DNA of 64,000 nt from Alphaproteobacteria bacterium (GCA_900768875.1 CAAGEP010000003.1:474433-538432); one strand, 5' to 3'; positions 35,411 through 45,781 are shown, numbered from the stretch's first letter. The notes: a model not told the origin generated them from the letters alone. Numbers and translations are program-made.

Positions 35411-37689
35411 CGCGCGCTCCTTTTGAATTCGGCGATGTATTCATCCAGCAACGGCGTTGTTTCGACAATTTGATTCCACGGCAGAGATCCGTGAACCAAC
35501 ACGCGCACCGTTGCAGGCTTCCACCAATCGGGATATTCGGATTCGGGCAGGCGGTACGGCTGAAAAGATGCCATACCGGCAGGCAAGCGGGTGAATTCGT
35601 CAATAACGGCTTGGTCGAAGTTATCGTATTCGGCATCCGTTTCGGCGTTTTTCATATTGACGCCGCCCAAATACGATCCCGCAAAATTTACATTGCGCAA
35701 ATCGGCGTTTTCCAAATCGGCCAGCCGCAAATCCGTTTGCGACAAATCGATTGGATGTCCCAAATCCCGACGGATTCTTTTATCCGTCAACGCCTTCAAA
35801 GCCAAAGCCACATCGTCCGTCATCGGCTCTATCGGTTTGAACAAATCGGTCTGCGCCGACCAATGCCGCTGCTGTCTGACATATTCGGCCAAAATGTCCG
35901 CCGCGGCATTTTCCAGTTTTTCATCGCGCGCCGCCAAACACCCCAACGTGCAGATTGCCCACAGCCTGTCGTTCATTTCCGCCGGAGGATTGGCCAGCAA
36001 AGTCATCGCCCTTACCGCCATATTTTGGCCGCCGGATTTGCCCAAAAGCACGTCTTCGCACGCCGAACGGGAGCATTGGAACGGCTTGTTTTTCCACTTT
36101 TGACGATACAGGCGTTCATCGTAAGCCGCCGAATCAAAGTCGGGGAAATTTTTGGGCGGCAAAGTTTTTTTGTCAATGACGACGCGTCGGATTTCGTTTA
36201 AAGGCACGTCGGAAACAGCTGAAATATCCGCCCCGCCGAAATCGGCTTTGTAAAACACCGCATTGCCAAATATCAGATTGCCTTTGAAAACGGCTTTTCT
36301 GAAATCGGCGCGCGTCAAAACGGCATAATCCAAGTACGCATTGTCGAAAACGGCTTTGTAAAAAATCGATTGTTCAAAAGACACGCTTTTCATGTAGCAA
36401 TTCACACAGGTTACCTGCGTAAAATCCGCTTTGTTGGCGACAGCACCGTCCAGCACGACGTTGTCGAATACGGCCTGCCGAGCTTGAACATTGTCCATGT
36501 TCAGCCGGTAGGCCATGACATCCTGCCACGCGGTGTTGGCAATATTGGCGTCTTTCACGGACGAAAACGTTAAAACTGCATCGCGGAACTGCGTATTGCT
36601 TAAATCGGCTCCGTCAAAATTCGCCAGCGACGCATCAACGGAATGTAAATGTGAAAAGCGCATTTTCGCGCCTTTGAAAAAAGATTTTGACAGGTTGACG
36701 CCTTTGAACAGAACATCGTCCAATTCCGCCCCGTAAAACAAAGCTTCCGAAAAATCGGAATTCAAAAAATAAGCCCCTTTGAAAAAGGAATTTGAAAAAT
36801 TGTTGCCGGCCATTGTTCCTTGGGCGAACTCGGCCTTTTCAAAGTTGACATGCGACAAATCCAACGCATCGCATTTTTCTTTGCCGTAAACGGCTTCTGC
36901 GATTTCGACGCTTTTCTGCATATTGATATTTCTGCGGACGTCGTTGTTTGTCGGCGTGTAGTAGGGAGCCGGCCACGGATGGCATTTGCGCAAATAATCC
37001 GACACGGCCTGTTTCGCGGAACAGACCGTCCGGCCGTTGCTCAGATTATCCGTTGACATCAGCCAGTGCAAAGTCGAAAGAACGTCCGTCATATCGTCTT
37101 TACATTCTTTCAATTCGCCAAACGCCCACTCCGTCCATTCGCTTTTATCCTGCGGCCGCTTGTTTTCGGCAACGACGGGGGGCGTCAAACGGGCGTACGG
37201 CGCAAACGGAAGCGGACGGATTTTTGCTTCGGCTTTGACGGCTTTGACGGGGTTTTTCAAGGGATAAATTCTGACCTGCACGGGATTGGCTTCAGCCGCA
37301 GGTTTTGAAAAAAGTTTCGACTTGCGTTTCGTTTTCAGTGTTTCCGGCGGCAAAATCATCACCTTGGCGGGACTGAGAACCGCATCGACGGCTTGGTTGT
37401 TCGTCCACTTTGCCGGCTTGTCGTACAAAGAAACGCCGACCGTCGCATCCATACCGTGCGGATTGGGCTTGAGCGCGGAATCCGACGGCAAAGTGTTTGT
37501 TACCGCGCTGGTCAAAGTCCCCGAACGCGTCGGTGTTGTTTTGGATTCATGGAGGGAGTCCGTATGCGCCAAATCGGACACGGGCAAAAAAAACACCACG
37601 ACGTTTTTCGGCACGGCGGCGGCGATAACGGCAGACGACAGCAACGCCCCGCCGATTGACAGCCCCAGTTTTTTAAACTTTTTTGACAT
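35407..37689 (-). CDS. Large pentapeptide-repeat protein with a signal peptide.
   Basis: 760 aa. N-terminal signal peptide or anchor. A central run of about 40 pentapeptide repeats (ANFDGADLSNTQFRDAVLTF...) and a second short run near the C-terminus. Overlaps the Sel1 gene by 4 nt. Confidence 0.75.
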   Translation of the reverse strand: MSKKFKKLGLSIGGALLSSAVIAAAVPKNVVVFFLPVSDLAHTDSLHESKTTPTRSGTLTSAVTNTLPSDSALKPNPHGMDATVGVSLYDKPAKWTNNQAVDAVLSPAKVMILPPETLKTKRKSKLFSKPAAEANPVQVRIYPLKNPVKAVKAEAKIRPLPFAPYARLTPPVVAENKRPQDKSEWTEWAFGELKECKDDMTDVLSTLHWLMSTDNLSNGRTVCSAKQAVSDYLRKCHPWPAPYYTPTNNDVRRNINMQKSVEIAEAVYGKEKCDALDLSHVNFEKAEFAQGTMAGNNFSNSFFKGAYFLNSDFSEALFYGAELDDVLFKGVNLSKSFFKGAKMRFSHLHSVDASLANFDGADLSNTQFRDAVLTFSSVKDANIANTAWQDVMAYRLNMDNVQARQAVFDNVVLDGAVANKADFTQVTCVNCYMKSVSFEQSIFYKAVFDNAYLDYAVLTRADFRKAVFKGNLIFGNAVFYKADFGGADISAVSDVPLNEIRRVVIDKKTLPPKNFPDFDSAAYDERLYRQKWKNKPFQCSRSACEDVLLGKSGGQNMAVRAMTLLANPPAEMNDRLWAICTLGCLAARDEKLENAAADILAEYVRQQRHWSAQTDLFKPIEPMTDDVALALKALTDKRIRRDLGHPIDLSQTDLRLADLENADLRNVNFAGSYLGGVNMKNAETDAEYDNFDQAVIDEFTRLPAGMASFQPYRLPESEYPDWWKPATVRVLVHGSLPWNQIVETTPLLDEYIAEFKRSAR

Positions 37690-38125
37690 TGCGTTCCACC
37701 GTCGGCAGCCCCGCGCGCAACCAGCCGGCCAGCCCTTTGTCCAAAAGAGCGACGTCGGAAAAACCGCTTTGCTTCAACGCGTCACAAGCGTCATAAACGG
37801 CTTTTTCGTCACGCAGCCCGACGATAACAACGGGAGTTTGCTTGAATCCCGCCAGTCTGTCCGCCGTTTCAGCCAGCCGCAATTTCAATTCGGCGCACGG
37901 CATGTTGATTGCGCCGTCGACATGCCCGAACAAACCGTAAAATTCGCTTTTACTGCGAACGTCAATAATCAGCAAATCTTTGTTTTTCATATTTTTTTCC
38001 AAATCGCGGGGCGAAATGAAGACAGCGTTTTTTCCGCGGATTTTGCGTCGCAAAGCCGGAATCAAATGCACAACCGCGTGATATGCGAGCACGACGGCAA
38101 TCAGACCGATGACAAAGTTATTCAT
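37673..38125 (-). CDS. Membrane-anchored rhodanese-domain protein.
   Basis: 150 aa. N-terminal TM helix and a rhodanese fold (DLLIIDVRSKSEFYGLFGHVDGAINMP). Its 3' end overlaps the pentapeptide gene start by 17 nt. Confidence 0.7.
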   Translation of the reverse strand: MNNFVIGLIAVVLAYHAVVHLIPALRRKIRGKNAVFISPRDLEKNMKNKDLLIIDVRSKSEFYGLFGHVDGAINMPCAELKLRLAETADRLAGFKQTPVVIVGLRDEKAVYDACDALKQSGFSDVALLDKGLAGWLRAGLPTVERNVKKV

Positions 38126-38224
38126 TATAAACGCCCTCTTACAAAAAAAGATTTGGTGCTAGACACTTGTCTTTGTAGAATATAAGGATATTCTATTGCA
38201 AAGATTTTTTAAAGGAGCTTTTTT

Positions 38225-39574
38225 ATGTCACAGGACGCGATTACCGTCGTCGGGGGCGGATTGGCGGGCAGCGAAGCCGCTTGGCAGATAGCGAAAGCGG
38301 GGATTCCCGTTGTTTTAAAGGAAATGCGCCCCGTCAAGCAAACACCCGCGCACCGTACGGACGGGCTGGCGGAACTGGTGTGTTCAAACTCTTTAAGATC
38401 CGACGACGCGATACATAACGCCGTCGGTTTGCTGCACGAAGAAATGCGCCGCTGCGATTCGCTGATTATGCGCGCCGCCGATTTGAACAAAGTTCCCGCG
38501 GGCGGAGCTTTGGCGGTCGACCGCGACGCTTTTTCCAAAACAATCGGGGAAGCTCTCGCCAACCACCCGCTTGTAACAATCAAGCGCGAGGAAATGACCG
38601 AACTGCCCGCCCCCGATTCGGGCAAGTACGTCATTGCGACGGGACCGTTGACTTCGGCAAGTCTGGCGGAACAAATCCAAGCCGTCGCGGGCGGGGATAT
38701 TCTGCATTTTTTCGACGCCATCGCGCCGATTGTCACCGCCGATTCGGTCGATATGACCAAAGCGTGGAAGCAATCCCGCTACGACAAAGGCGACGGCGAC
38801 GACTATATCAACTGTCCCTTGGACGAAGAAGAGTACAACGCCTTTATCGACAACCTGCTGTCGGGGGAAAAGGTCGCGTTCAAAGACTGGGAGAAAAACA
38901 CGCCCTACTTCGAGGGCTGCCTGCCGATTGAAGTCATGGCGGAACGCGGACGGGAAACGCTGGCGTTCGGACCGATGAAGCCTGTCGGCTTGATGAATCC
39001 GCACACGGGCAAGCGTCCTTACGCCGTCGTCCAGCTGAGAAAAGAAAACAAGCAGGGAACTTTGCTGAATCTGGTCGGTTTTCAAACAAAGCTGGTGTAC
39101 GGCGAACAAAAGCGAATCTTTAAAACGATTCCCGGACTGGAAAACGCAGAATTTGTGCGCTTGGGCGGAATTCACCGCAACACGTTCATTCACTCGCCGA
39201 CCGTTTTGGACGGAACTTTACGGCTGAAAGCACGCCCGAACCTGCGCTTTGCAGGACAAGTCACGGGGTGTGAAGGCTACGTCGAAAGCGCGGCGGTCGG
39301 ACTGATGGCGGGATTGTTCGCCGCATGGGAAACGCAGGGCAAGGAAATCGTCCCGCCGCCGATTGAAACGGCGCTGGGCGCAATGCTGAACCACATCACC
39401 GTATCGGCGGAAAGCGATTTGTTCCAGCCGATGAACATCAACTTCGGATTGATGCCGCCCCCGCCCGTCCCCGAAGGCAAACGCAAAATCAAAGGGCTTG
39501 ACCGCAAACGCGCGCAAAGCGAACGGGCGACCGCCGCGCTGACACAATGGCTTGAACAGGCAGGTTTGAAATGA
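38225..39574 (+). CDS. trmFO: Methylenetetrahydrofolate--tRNA-(uracil54-C5)-methyltransferase TrmFO.
   Basis: 449 aa. FAD-binding N-terminus [17 protein letters not shown]. The length and motifs are TrmFO/Gid-like. Confidence 0.85.
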   Translation: MSQDAITVVGGGLAGSEAAWQIAKAGIPVVLKEMRPVKQTPAHRTDGLAELVCSNSLRSDDAIHNAVGLLHEEMRRCDSLIMRAADLNKVPAGGALAVDRDAFSKTIGEALANHPLVTIKREEMTELPAPDSGKYVIATGPLTSASLAEQIQAVAGGDILHFFDAIAPIVTADSVDMTKAWKQSRYDKGDGDDYINCPLDEEEYNAFIDNLLSGEKVAFKDWEKNTPYFEGCLPIEVMAERGRETLAFGPMKPVGLMNPHTGKRPYAVVQLRKENKQGTLLNLVGFQTKLVYGEQKRIFKTIPGLENAEFVRLGGIHRNTFIHSPTVLDGTLRLKARPNLRFAGQVTGCEGYVESAAVGLMAGLFAAWETQGKEIVPPPIETALGAMLNHITVSAESDLFQPMNINFGLMPPPPVPEGKRKIKGLDRKRAQSERATAALTQWLEQAGLK

Positions 39575-40449
39575 CGCACGACATCAAACGCACCAAAGAC
39601 GCCAACGGTGAAAACTTTCCCGTCGGATCTTGCTTAATTCCGGCGAAACTGCGCCCGCACGTCATGGCTTTTTACGACTACGCCCGCACGGCGGACGACG
39701 TTGCGGATTCCGATTTGCCGCGCATGGAAAAGCTCAGACGCCTTGACGCTTTGGAAGCCGTCCTGCGCGGACTGCGCGACGCGGACGAGGACACAAAGTG
39801 CGCCGAAACCCTGCGCAACAGCTTGGAGGAAACGGGTGTTACAAACCAGCACGCTTTGGATTTGCTCAAAGCGTTCCGGCAAGACGCCATCGGCTTCACC
39901 TACAAAACATGGGAAGACGTTATGGCGTACTGCCGCAATTCGGCGGGCAGCGTCGGGCGTTACATGCTGGATTTGCACGGTGAAAACCCGTCGGCGTATT
40001 GGCCTTCGGATGCTTTATGCGCCGCCTTGCAGCTGAACAACCACCTGCAGGATTGCCAAGACGACTATCAGAACCGCCAGCGCGTTTACATCCCGCGCGA
40101 CTGGTTCAGCGACGAAAAAATCAAATACGAAGCTTTAAGCGACAGCATTACCTGCGATGCCTTGCGCCGCGTGTTCGACCGTATGGCGGCGGCAATCGAC
40201 AGCCTGCTGGTCGAAAGCTCGCCTCTGCCCCTTGTCATTCGGCACAGAGGGCTGAGAATGGAAGTCTGCGTCATCTACCGTTTGGCGCAAAGACTGTTGA
40301 AAAAACTGAAAAAACGCGACATCTTGAAACGCAAAGTCGCTTTGGAAAAAACGGACTGGGTGCTGGCGGGAACGCGCGGCATTTTGGACGGACTGACACG
40401 AAAGAAAATCAAATGCCTGAAAAAACAAGACCTCTTGCCGCCGAAGTAG
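39571..40449 (+). CDS. hpnC: Squalene/phytoene-synthase family enzyme HpnC (hydroxysqualene synthase).
   Basis: 292 aa with the ENFPVGS motif, the [10 protein letters not shown] Asp-rich motif and a second Asp-rich motif. First gene of the hpnCDE trio. Confidence 0.75.
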   Translation: MTHDIKRTKDANGENFPVGSCLIPAKLRPHVMAFYDYARTADDVADSDLPRMEKLRRLDALEAVLRGLRDADEDTKCAETLRNSLEETGVTNQHALDLLKAFRQDAIGFTYKTWEDVMAYCRNSAGSVGRYMLDLHGENPSAYWPSDALCAALQLNNHLQDCQDDYQNRQRVYIPRDWFSDEKIKYEALSDSITCDALRRVFDRMAAAIDSLLVESSPLPLVIRHRGLRMEVCVIYRLAQRLLKKLKKRDILKRKVALEKTDWVLAGTRGILDGLTRKKIKCLKKQDLLPPK

Positions 40450-41279
40450 AATCCGTCGTTAAACGGTCGGGCAGCTCGTTTTACTGGGCGATGCGGCTGT
40501 TGGGCAAACAAAAGCGCGACGCCATGTTTGCGATTTACGCGTTTTGCCGTGAAATCGACGACATCGCCGACGAACCCGCTTTATTGGAACAAAAGCGGCA
40601 GGCTTTGCAAGTTTGGCGCGACGATTTGGATAAAATCTATGCGGGCGGACAGCCGACGCAAAGAATCGCCGAAGCCTTGATTGAACCCGTTAAAACGTTT
40701 GCCTTGCCCAAAGACGAGTTTATCGCCTTGATTGACGGTATGGAAATGGACATTCCCGACGGCATGCGCGCGCCGACGATGACCGAGCTTCAGCTGTACT
40801 GCCGCCGCGTTGCGGGGGCGGTCGGGATGCTGTCCGTGTGCGTGTTCGGCGACTTTTCCGAAACGGCGCAAAGATTCGCGATTACTTTGGGCGAAGCTTT
40901 GCAGTTGACCAACATCCTGCGCGATATGGACGAAGATATGGAGCTGGGGCGACTGTATATGCCCAAGGAATGTCTGGACAAAGCGGGCATTGCCGTCACC
41001 GACGACACGCATTTAAGCGACATTTTGAACCACCCGAATCTGGGTGTCGCCCGCGCGGCTTTGGCGGAACAAGCCCTGCTCCGCTACGCCGAAGCGGATG
41101 CCGCTTTGGAAAAGCTGAACGCCAAGCAGATGAAACCCGCCGTGATTATGAAAGCCGCCTACCGCAAAATCTTTGACGCGATGCAAAAACGCGGCTGGAG
41201 CGTTGTGCGTCCGCGCATCAAAACACCTAAATCAACGCTGTTGCTGACGGCTTTGCGCATTTGGCTGATTGGCAGGTAA
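40413..41279 (+). CDS. hpnD: Presqualene diphosphate synthase HpnD.
   Basis: The ATG at 40413 gives a 288-aa protein ([30 protein letters not shown]...FCREIDDIAD). The ORF track's 426-aa call from 39999 is an out-of-context extension overlapping hpnC. Confidence 0.75.
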   Translation: MPEKTRPLAAEVESVVKRSGSSFYWAMRLLGKQKRDAMFAIYAFCREIDDIADEPALLEQKRQALQVWRDDLDKIYAGGQPTQRIAEALIEPVKTFALPKDEFIALIDGMEMDIPDGMRAPTMTELQLYCRRVAGAVGMLSVCVFGDFSETAQRFAITLGEALQLTNILRDMDEDMELGRLYMPKECLDKAGIAVTDDTHLSDILNHPNLGVARAALAEQALLRYAEADAALEKLNAKQMKPAVIMKAAYRKIFDAMQKRGWSVVRPRIKTPKSTLLLTALRIWLIGR

Positions 41280-41282
41280 GCC

Positions 41283-42314
41283 ATGACCGTATACGTCATC
41301 GGCGCAGGCATGGCGGGGCTGAGCGCGGCTTTTCACGCCTGCAAAGCGGGACATCACGTCGTTGTTTTGGAATCCTCCAACCACGCGGGCGGACGGTGCT
41401 ATTCCTATTTGGACAAGGAATGGAACCGCCTGTTGGACAACGGCACGCACTTGATGCTGGGGGCGAACACCGCTTTGCTGGAAATCCTGCGCCAATGCCC
41501 GACGGAAACACCGCTAAAGCCGATTGGGTCAAGCTTGACGTTTTACCGCCGCAACCTCGGCTGTTTTACGGTGGATTTGAATCACCCGCTCAAAGCGTTG
41601 CTTCACCTGCCCGAATTGTACAAACTGCTGGCGGAATCCGTGCTGAACACCCCTGCGAAACAAGCGGACAAAGCCCTTTTGTTCAAAACGGCGCGCCTGT
41701 GCTTTTCGGCGCGGGACAAGCAAATCTATCTGGCGAATCCGTCGCTGAAGCAATCCGTCGTCGACCCGATTTACAATTATCTGAAAGACAAGGTCGAATT
41801 CTACTTCAGCCACCCCGCCCGCGGGTTCGAGATTGACCGTATTTTGTCTGATTCCGTCGATTTTCTGATTTCGCCCGATGACAAAATCATTTCGACCGTT
41901 CCGCCGAAAAAAGCCGAATTCGGCACAATCGTCAACATCCATTACAAGACGGACGCGACTTTGCCTGACGGTTTGCCTGTTGTCGGATTGATTGGCATGC
42001 TGCCGCATTGGGTGTTTTGTCAAAACGGAATCGTGTCCGTAACCATCAGCGCGGCGAACGGTTTGAATACCGCAGACATTGCGGAACGGGTTTGGGATGA
42101 ACTTTGCCCTTTGCTTCATTCGCTGGACAGCACGCCGCCGAACCGCGTCATCATCGACCGGCGTGCGACCTTGCTGCAAACGCGCAAGACCAAACGTCCC
42201 TCCGCCGATTCCGAATTCGGATTGATTTTGGCGGGCGACGGCACAAAAACGGGATTGCCCTGCACGATAGAAAGCGCGGTGCGTTCCGGAAAAACGGCGG
42301 CAAACCTGCTCTGA
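41283..42314 (+). CDS. hpnE: FAD-dependent amine-oxidase-like hydroxysqualene dehydroxylase HpnE.
   Basis: 343 aa. GxGxxG motif (VIGAGMAGLSAA...LESSNHAGGR). Follows hpnD. Confidence 0.7.
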   Translation: MTVYVIGAGMAGLSAAFHACKAGHHVVVLESSNHAGGRCYSYLDKEWNRLLDNGTHLMLGANTALLEILRQCPTETPLKPIGSSLTFYRRNLGCFTVDLNHPLKALLHLPELYKLLAESVLNTPAKQADKALLFKTARLCFSARDKQIYLANPSLKQSVVDPIYNYLKDKVEFYFSHPARGFEIDRILSDSVDFLISPDDKIISTVPPKKAEFGTIVNIHYKTDATLPDGLPVVGLIGMLPHWVFCQNGIVSVTISAANGLNTADIAERVWDELCPLLHSLDSTPPNRVIIDRRATLLQTRKTKRPSADSEFGLILAGDGTKTGLPCTIESAVRSGKTAANLL

Positions 42315-42371
42315 TTGCTATCTTTACCGGCACAGCGGCAAGCGGTATCCTGCTAAAAAAAGGAGGATACC

Positions 42372-42980
42372 ATGGCTTTTGAACTGCCTGTTTTACCCTA
42401 TGCCAAAAACGCGCTTGAGCCGTTTATTTCGGAACAAACGCTGGATTTTCATTACGGCAAGCATCATCAAACATACATTGCGAATTTGAACAACTTGATT
42501 CGCAACACGGCTTTGGCGAACAAAACGCTGGAACAAATCGTCCGCGAAACGGCGGACAAGCCCGACAAATCGGCGATTTTCAACAATGCGGCGCAAAGCT
42601 TCAATCACACGTTTTACTGGAACAGCCTGCGCCCGAACGGCGACGGCAGAATCCCCGAAAGCACGTTCAAAGCCGCCGTTTTAAAAACGTTCGGCGGGGC
42701 TGAAAGCTTGAAAGCCGAATTGAAATCGGCCGCTTTGTCCCAATTCGGCAGCGGGTGGGCGTGGCTGATTGCGGACAAAGGCGCGCTGAAAATCACCAAA
42801 ACGGCAAACGCGGACACGCCGGCGGCGCACGGACAAACGCCGCTGCTGACCATTGATGTTTGGGAACACGCGTATTATCTGGATTATCAAAACAAGCGCG
42901 CCGATTACGTCCAAGCGATTATCGACAACCTGCTGAACTGGGATTTTGCGGCATCGAATTTCAGTTCATCCGACAAATGA
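42372..42980 (+). CDS. sodB: Fe/Mn superoxide dismutase.
   Basis: 202 aa with Fe/Mn-SOD signatures (HHxKHH...DVWEHAYY). Confidence 0.85.
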   Translation: MAFELPVLPYAKNALEPFISEQTLDFHYGKHHQTYIANLNNLIRNTALANKTLEQIVRETADKPDKSAIFNNAAQSFNHTFYWNSLRPNGDGRIPESTFKAAVLKTFGGAESLKAELKSAALSQFGSGWAWLIADKGALKITKTANADTPAAHGQTPLLTIDVWEHAYYLDYQNKRADYVQAIIDNLLNWDFAASNFSSSDK

Positions 42981-43544
42981 AAACCGTTTGCCGTCCCATT
43001 CCAGACAAAAGGGCGTTCCGTGCGGGACTTGCGGATATTTTTGCCCGAATGCCAGCAGAGTGCAACGAATGGCGGCACTGTGTCCCGATATGCCGATGCG
43101 ATCGCAAGGGTGATTTTCGGCAATGTCCGTCAAAGCGGCCAACCAGCGGGTCTGGATTTGCCGCTTTGTTTCGCCGTTCGGAAAGCACACGTCCATGTCA
43201 CAGGCTTCCAAGCTTTCCCACCGCGGAGCGATGTCCGGAAACAGAGCATAAATTTCGTAAATGGTTTTACCCTCTGCCGCACCGAAGCATCCTTCGACTA
43301 ACCCGCCGCACTTCGTTACGGGAACATTGATTTTACGGGCAACGATTTTTGCGGTCTGCACGGCGCGCAACAAAGGCGACGTGAATATCGCTTGAATTCC
43401 AGCGGAAACCAGCCTGTCGGCCAGATTTTCAGCCTGCCGCACGCCCGTTTCATTCAGCGGCGCGTTAATCAGCCGTCCCTGCCAACGGCGTTCGGCGTTC
43501 ATATCGGTTTGCCCGTGACGAAACAAATAAAACAGTTTTTTCAT
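42966..43544 (-). CDS. Histidine phosphatase (phosphoglycerate mutase-like) family protein.
   Basis: 192 aa with the RHGQT catalytic motif at the N-terminus. Confidence 0.65.
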   Translation of the reverse strand: MKKLFYLFRHGQTDMNAERRWQGRLINAPLNETGVRQAENLADRLVSAGIQAIFTSPLLRAVQTAKIVARKINVPVTKCGGLVEGCFGAAEGKTIYEIYALFPDIAPRWESLEACDMDVCFPNGETKRQIQTRWLAALTDIAENHPCDRIGISGHSAAIRCTLLAFGQKYPQVPHGTPFCLEWDGKRFSFVG

Positions 43545-43556
43545 CGTTATACGATT

Positions 43557-43572
43557 TTAATTGTTTATTAAC
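43557..43572. promoter_or_regulatory. Perfect CtrA-type box TTAA-N7-TTAAC, 56 bp upstream of the Cys-rich protein gene.
   Basis: ttaa-ttgttta-ttaac. It is also part of the inverted repeat TTAAT...ATTAA. Confidence 0.35.
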
Positions 43573-43627
43573 ACCCGAAGTTATGCCATACTGTAGAATC
43601 ATAGTAAATATTTTTCGGAGGCATCTC

Positions 43628-45766
43628 ATGCGAAAATTTATTCTTTGCCTTATCGTTTTGTGTTGGTCGGCGGGGACTTCCGCCGCCGTGCTGAATGATG
43701 CGGACGCGTTTGTCATCGCGCGCAGTGCAAAGCTGGGCGAAATGGAGGACAGCTTTTCCTCCGGCAAACAGGTCACCAAAAAAATCGGCTGCGCTCCGGG
43801 GGAAGCCGATTGCGTCGGTCCGACCTTGTGCAAAACGGATTCCCAGTGCAAAGATGACGAATACTGCTCCGTCATCAAACAATGCACGAAGCTGTGTTCG
43901 GGCGGTGTCAATTCGGATGGGGAAAAATGTTCGGATTACCCGCGCATGCCCGAATGTACGCCCACAAAAAACGGGCATAAATCCTACTGCGCCTGCACGG
44001 ACACGTCTTGCGGCACAGGGTGGAAATGTGCTGAACAAAACGGCATAAAGCAGTGCGTTATCTGTTCCGCGGGCGAAGCATGCGGATGTCCCGATGGCAA
44101 AATGTCCAACGGCAAAGGCGGTTGCGGCGGCTGCAACACGAATGAAGATTGCGCGGGCAACGAAACCTGCGCGGATGCGGGAACGACCGAAGCCGAATGT
44201 AAAACGATAACATGCCCCGACGGAACTTTCCCCAAGGATCACGACTGCGTCAAATGCAGCGCGCTGGATGCGAACTGTCTGGAATGTTCGGAAACGCAAT
44301 GCGTCACGTGTCTGCCCGCCTATGATTTGGTTGACGGGAAATGCGTGCTGAAAACGTGTCCCGACGGCCAGTATCTGGACGAACTTACCGGCACATGCAA
44401 TCCGTGCGGCGCGGGATGCAAAAAATGCACATCGGCCGACGTCTGTACGGAATGTGAAAGCGCTTATGATTTGGAAAACGGCGCATGCAAAACCAAAAAC
44501 TGCGGCGACGGCATGTATTTGAATATGGAAACGGGCGAATGTCTGTCCTGTTCCGCGGAATGTGCGACATGCACGAACGTTGCGAACGACGGTGAAACGT
44601 CGCAGTGCATCACCTGCGCCGACGGTTATCACATGGCGGACGGCGTTTGCGTTGCGAACGGATGCGCGGATATGAAGCTGGCGACCGAATGTGGCGCCAA
44701 TCAAATCAAAACCGACGCGGGTGTGGCAACCAACGGGGAACAGTGCTGGTCCTGCGCAGACCCCGAACCCGAATGTCGCAAGGATACGGATTGCGACAGC
44801 ACGCAGAAATGTTCGCCGGACGGTGAATGTGTGCTGAAAACATGCGCGGAAATGGGGTATGAAAAGACCTGCTCCGCGGGCTATTTGAAAAACGAAGCCG
44901 CGGTCGGTTCGGACGGCATGTGCTACACCTGCCAGAACCCTGCAAAAGACTGCCCCGCGGACAAACCCGCGTGGGACGGCAAAAAATGCGTTCAATGCAC
45001 CGCAAACAGCCATTGCGAAAGCTTTGAATACTGCAAAGATAATCAGTGCGTCCTGCAGGCGGGTAAATGCTATACCAGCAATGATTGCCAGTATAACGAT
45101 TATTGCAAAGACCATTCCTGTGTTCCTGCCTGTGACCCGAATCCGTGTTCCGGTAAAACTCCCAGATGCGCAGTTTACAGCAGCCACACAGCAAAATGCA
45201 CCTGCACTCCAAGCCCCGATTCTTGCGGCGCAGGATACAACTGCGTTAATAGCGGCGGATATAACTGCAAACCGACAACGTGTTCATCTGACGACGATTG
45301 CGATCACGACAAAGCTTGCAAGAACGGGAAATGCGTGGATCCTTGCGATCCGAACCCGTGTTCCGGTAAAACTCCCAGATGCGCAGTTTACAGTAACCAC
45401 ACAGCAAAATGCACCTGCACTCCAAGCCCCGATTCTTGCGGCGCAGGATACAACTGCGTTAATAGCGGCGGATTCAACTGCAAACCGACAACGTGTTCAT
45501 CTGACGACGATTGCGATCAATCCAAAGCTTGCAAGAACGGGAAATGCGTGGATCCTTGCGATCCGAACCCGTGTTCCGGCGAACAGCCACGCTGCGGCAG
45601 CGGCAGTCACCGTGCTAAATGTTATTGCACATCAACCAGTTGTCCGGCCGGATACGTTTGCGACGGTGCGAGCTGCAAAATGAAAACAACGGAAAAATGC
45701 ACGACGGACGACGATTGTTCGGCGGACAAAAAATGCTCCGACGGTTATTGCGTCTACCGCGAATAA
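43628..45766 (+). CDS. Secreted, extremely cysteine-rich repeat protein (furin-like/VSP-like CxxC modules plus EGF/EB-like modules). Eukaryote-like.
   Basis: The ATG at 43628 follows a GGAGG Shine-Dalgarno. Signal peptide MRKFILCLIVLCWSAGTSAA. The 712-aa protein is about 15% Cys. Recurring motifs: C-x2-C...TC-x-xG-YL and DPNPCSGKTPRC. Confidence 0.7.
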   Translation: MRKFILCLIVLCWSAGTSAAVLNDADAFVIARSAKLGEMEDSFSSGKQVTKKIGCAPGEADCVGPTLCKTDSQCKDDEYCSVIKQCTKLCSGGVNSDGEKCSDYPRMPECTPTKNGHKSYCACTDTSCGTGWKCAEQNGIKQCVICSAGEACGCPDGKMSNGKGGCGGCNTNEDCAGNETCADAGTTEAECKTITCPDGTFPKDHDCVKCSALDANCLECSETQCVTCLPAYDLVDGKCVLKTCPDGQYLDELTGTCNPCGAGCKKCTSADVCTECESAYDLENGACKTKNCGDGMYLNMETGECLSCSAECATCTNVANDGETSQCITCADGYHMADGVCVANGCADMKLATECGANQIKTDAGVATNGEQCWSCADPEPECRKDTDCDSTQKCSPDGECVLKTCAEMGYEKTCSAGYLKNEAAVGSDGMCYTCQNPAKDCPADKPAWDGKKCVQCTANSHCESFEYCKDNQCVLQAGKCYTSNDCQYNDYCKDHSCVPACDPNPCSGKTPRCAVYSSHTAKCTCTPSPDSCGAGYNCVNSGGYNCKPTTCSSDDDCDHDKACKNGKCVDPCDPNPCSGKTPRCAVYSNHTAKCTCTPSPDSCGAGYNCVNSGGFNCKPTTCSSDDDCDQSKACKNGKCVDPCDPNPCSGEQPRCGSGSHRAKCYCTSTSCPAGYVCDGASCKMKTTEKCTTDDDCSADKKCSDGYCVYRE
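45134..45580 (+). repeat. 213-bp (71-aa) tandem repeat inside the Cys-rich gene: two near-identical copies plus the start of a third.
   Basis: Copies begin at 45134, 45347 and 45560. Copies 1 and 2 differ at only a handful of nucleotides. Confidence 0.8.
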
Positions 45767-45781
45767 AATCCTACCCTGCGG

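Noticed and set aside
39999-41279. ORF-track 426-aa call starting inside hpnC.
   Set aside because: The N-terminal 138 aa are read from the hpnC region in another frame and are Arg/Pro-rich. The HpnD homology begins at the internal Met (40413).
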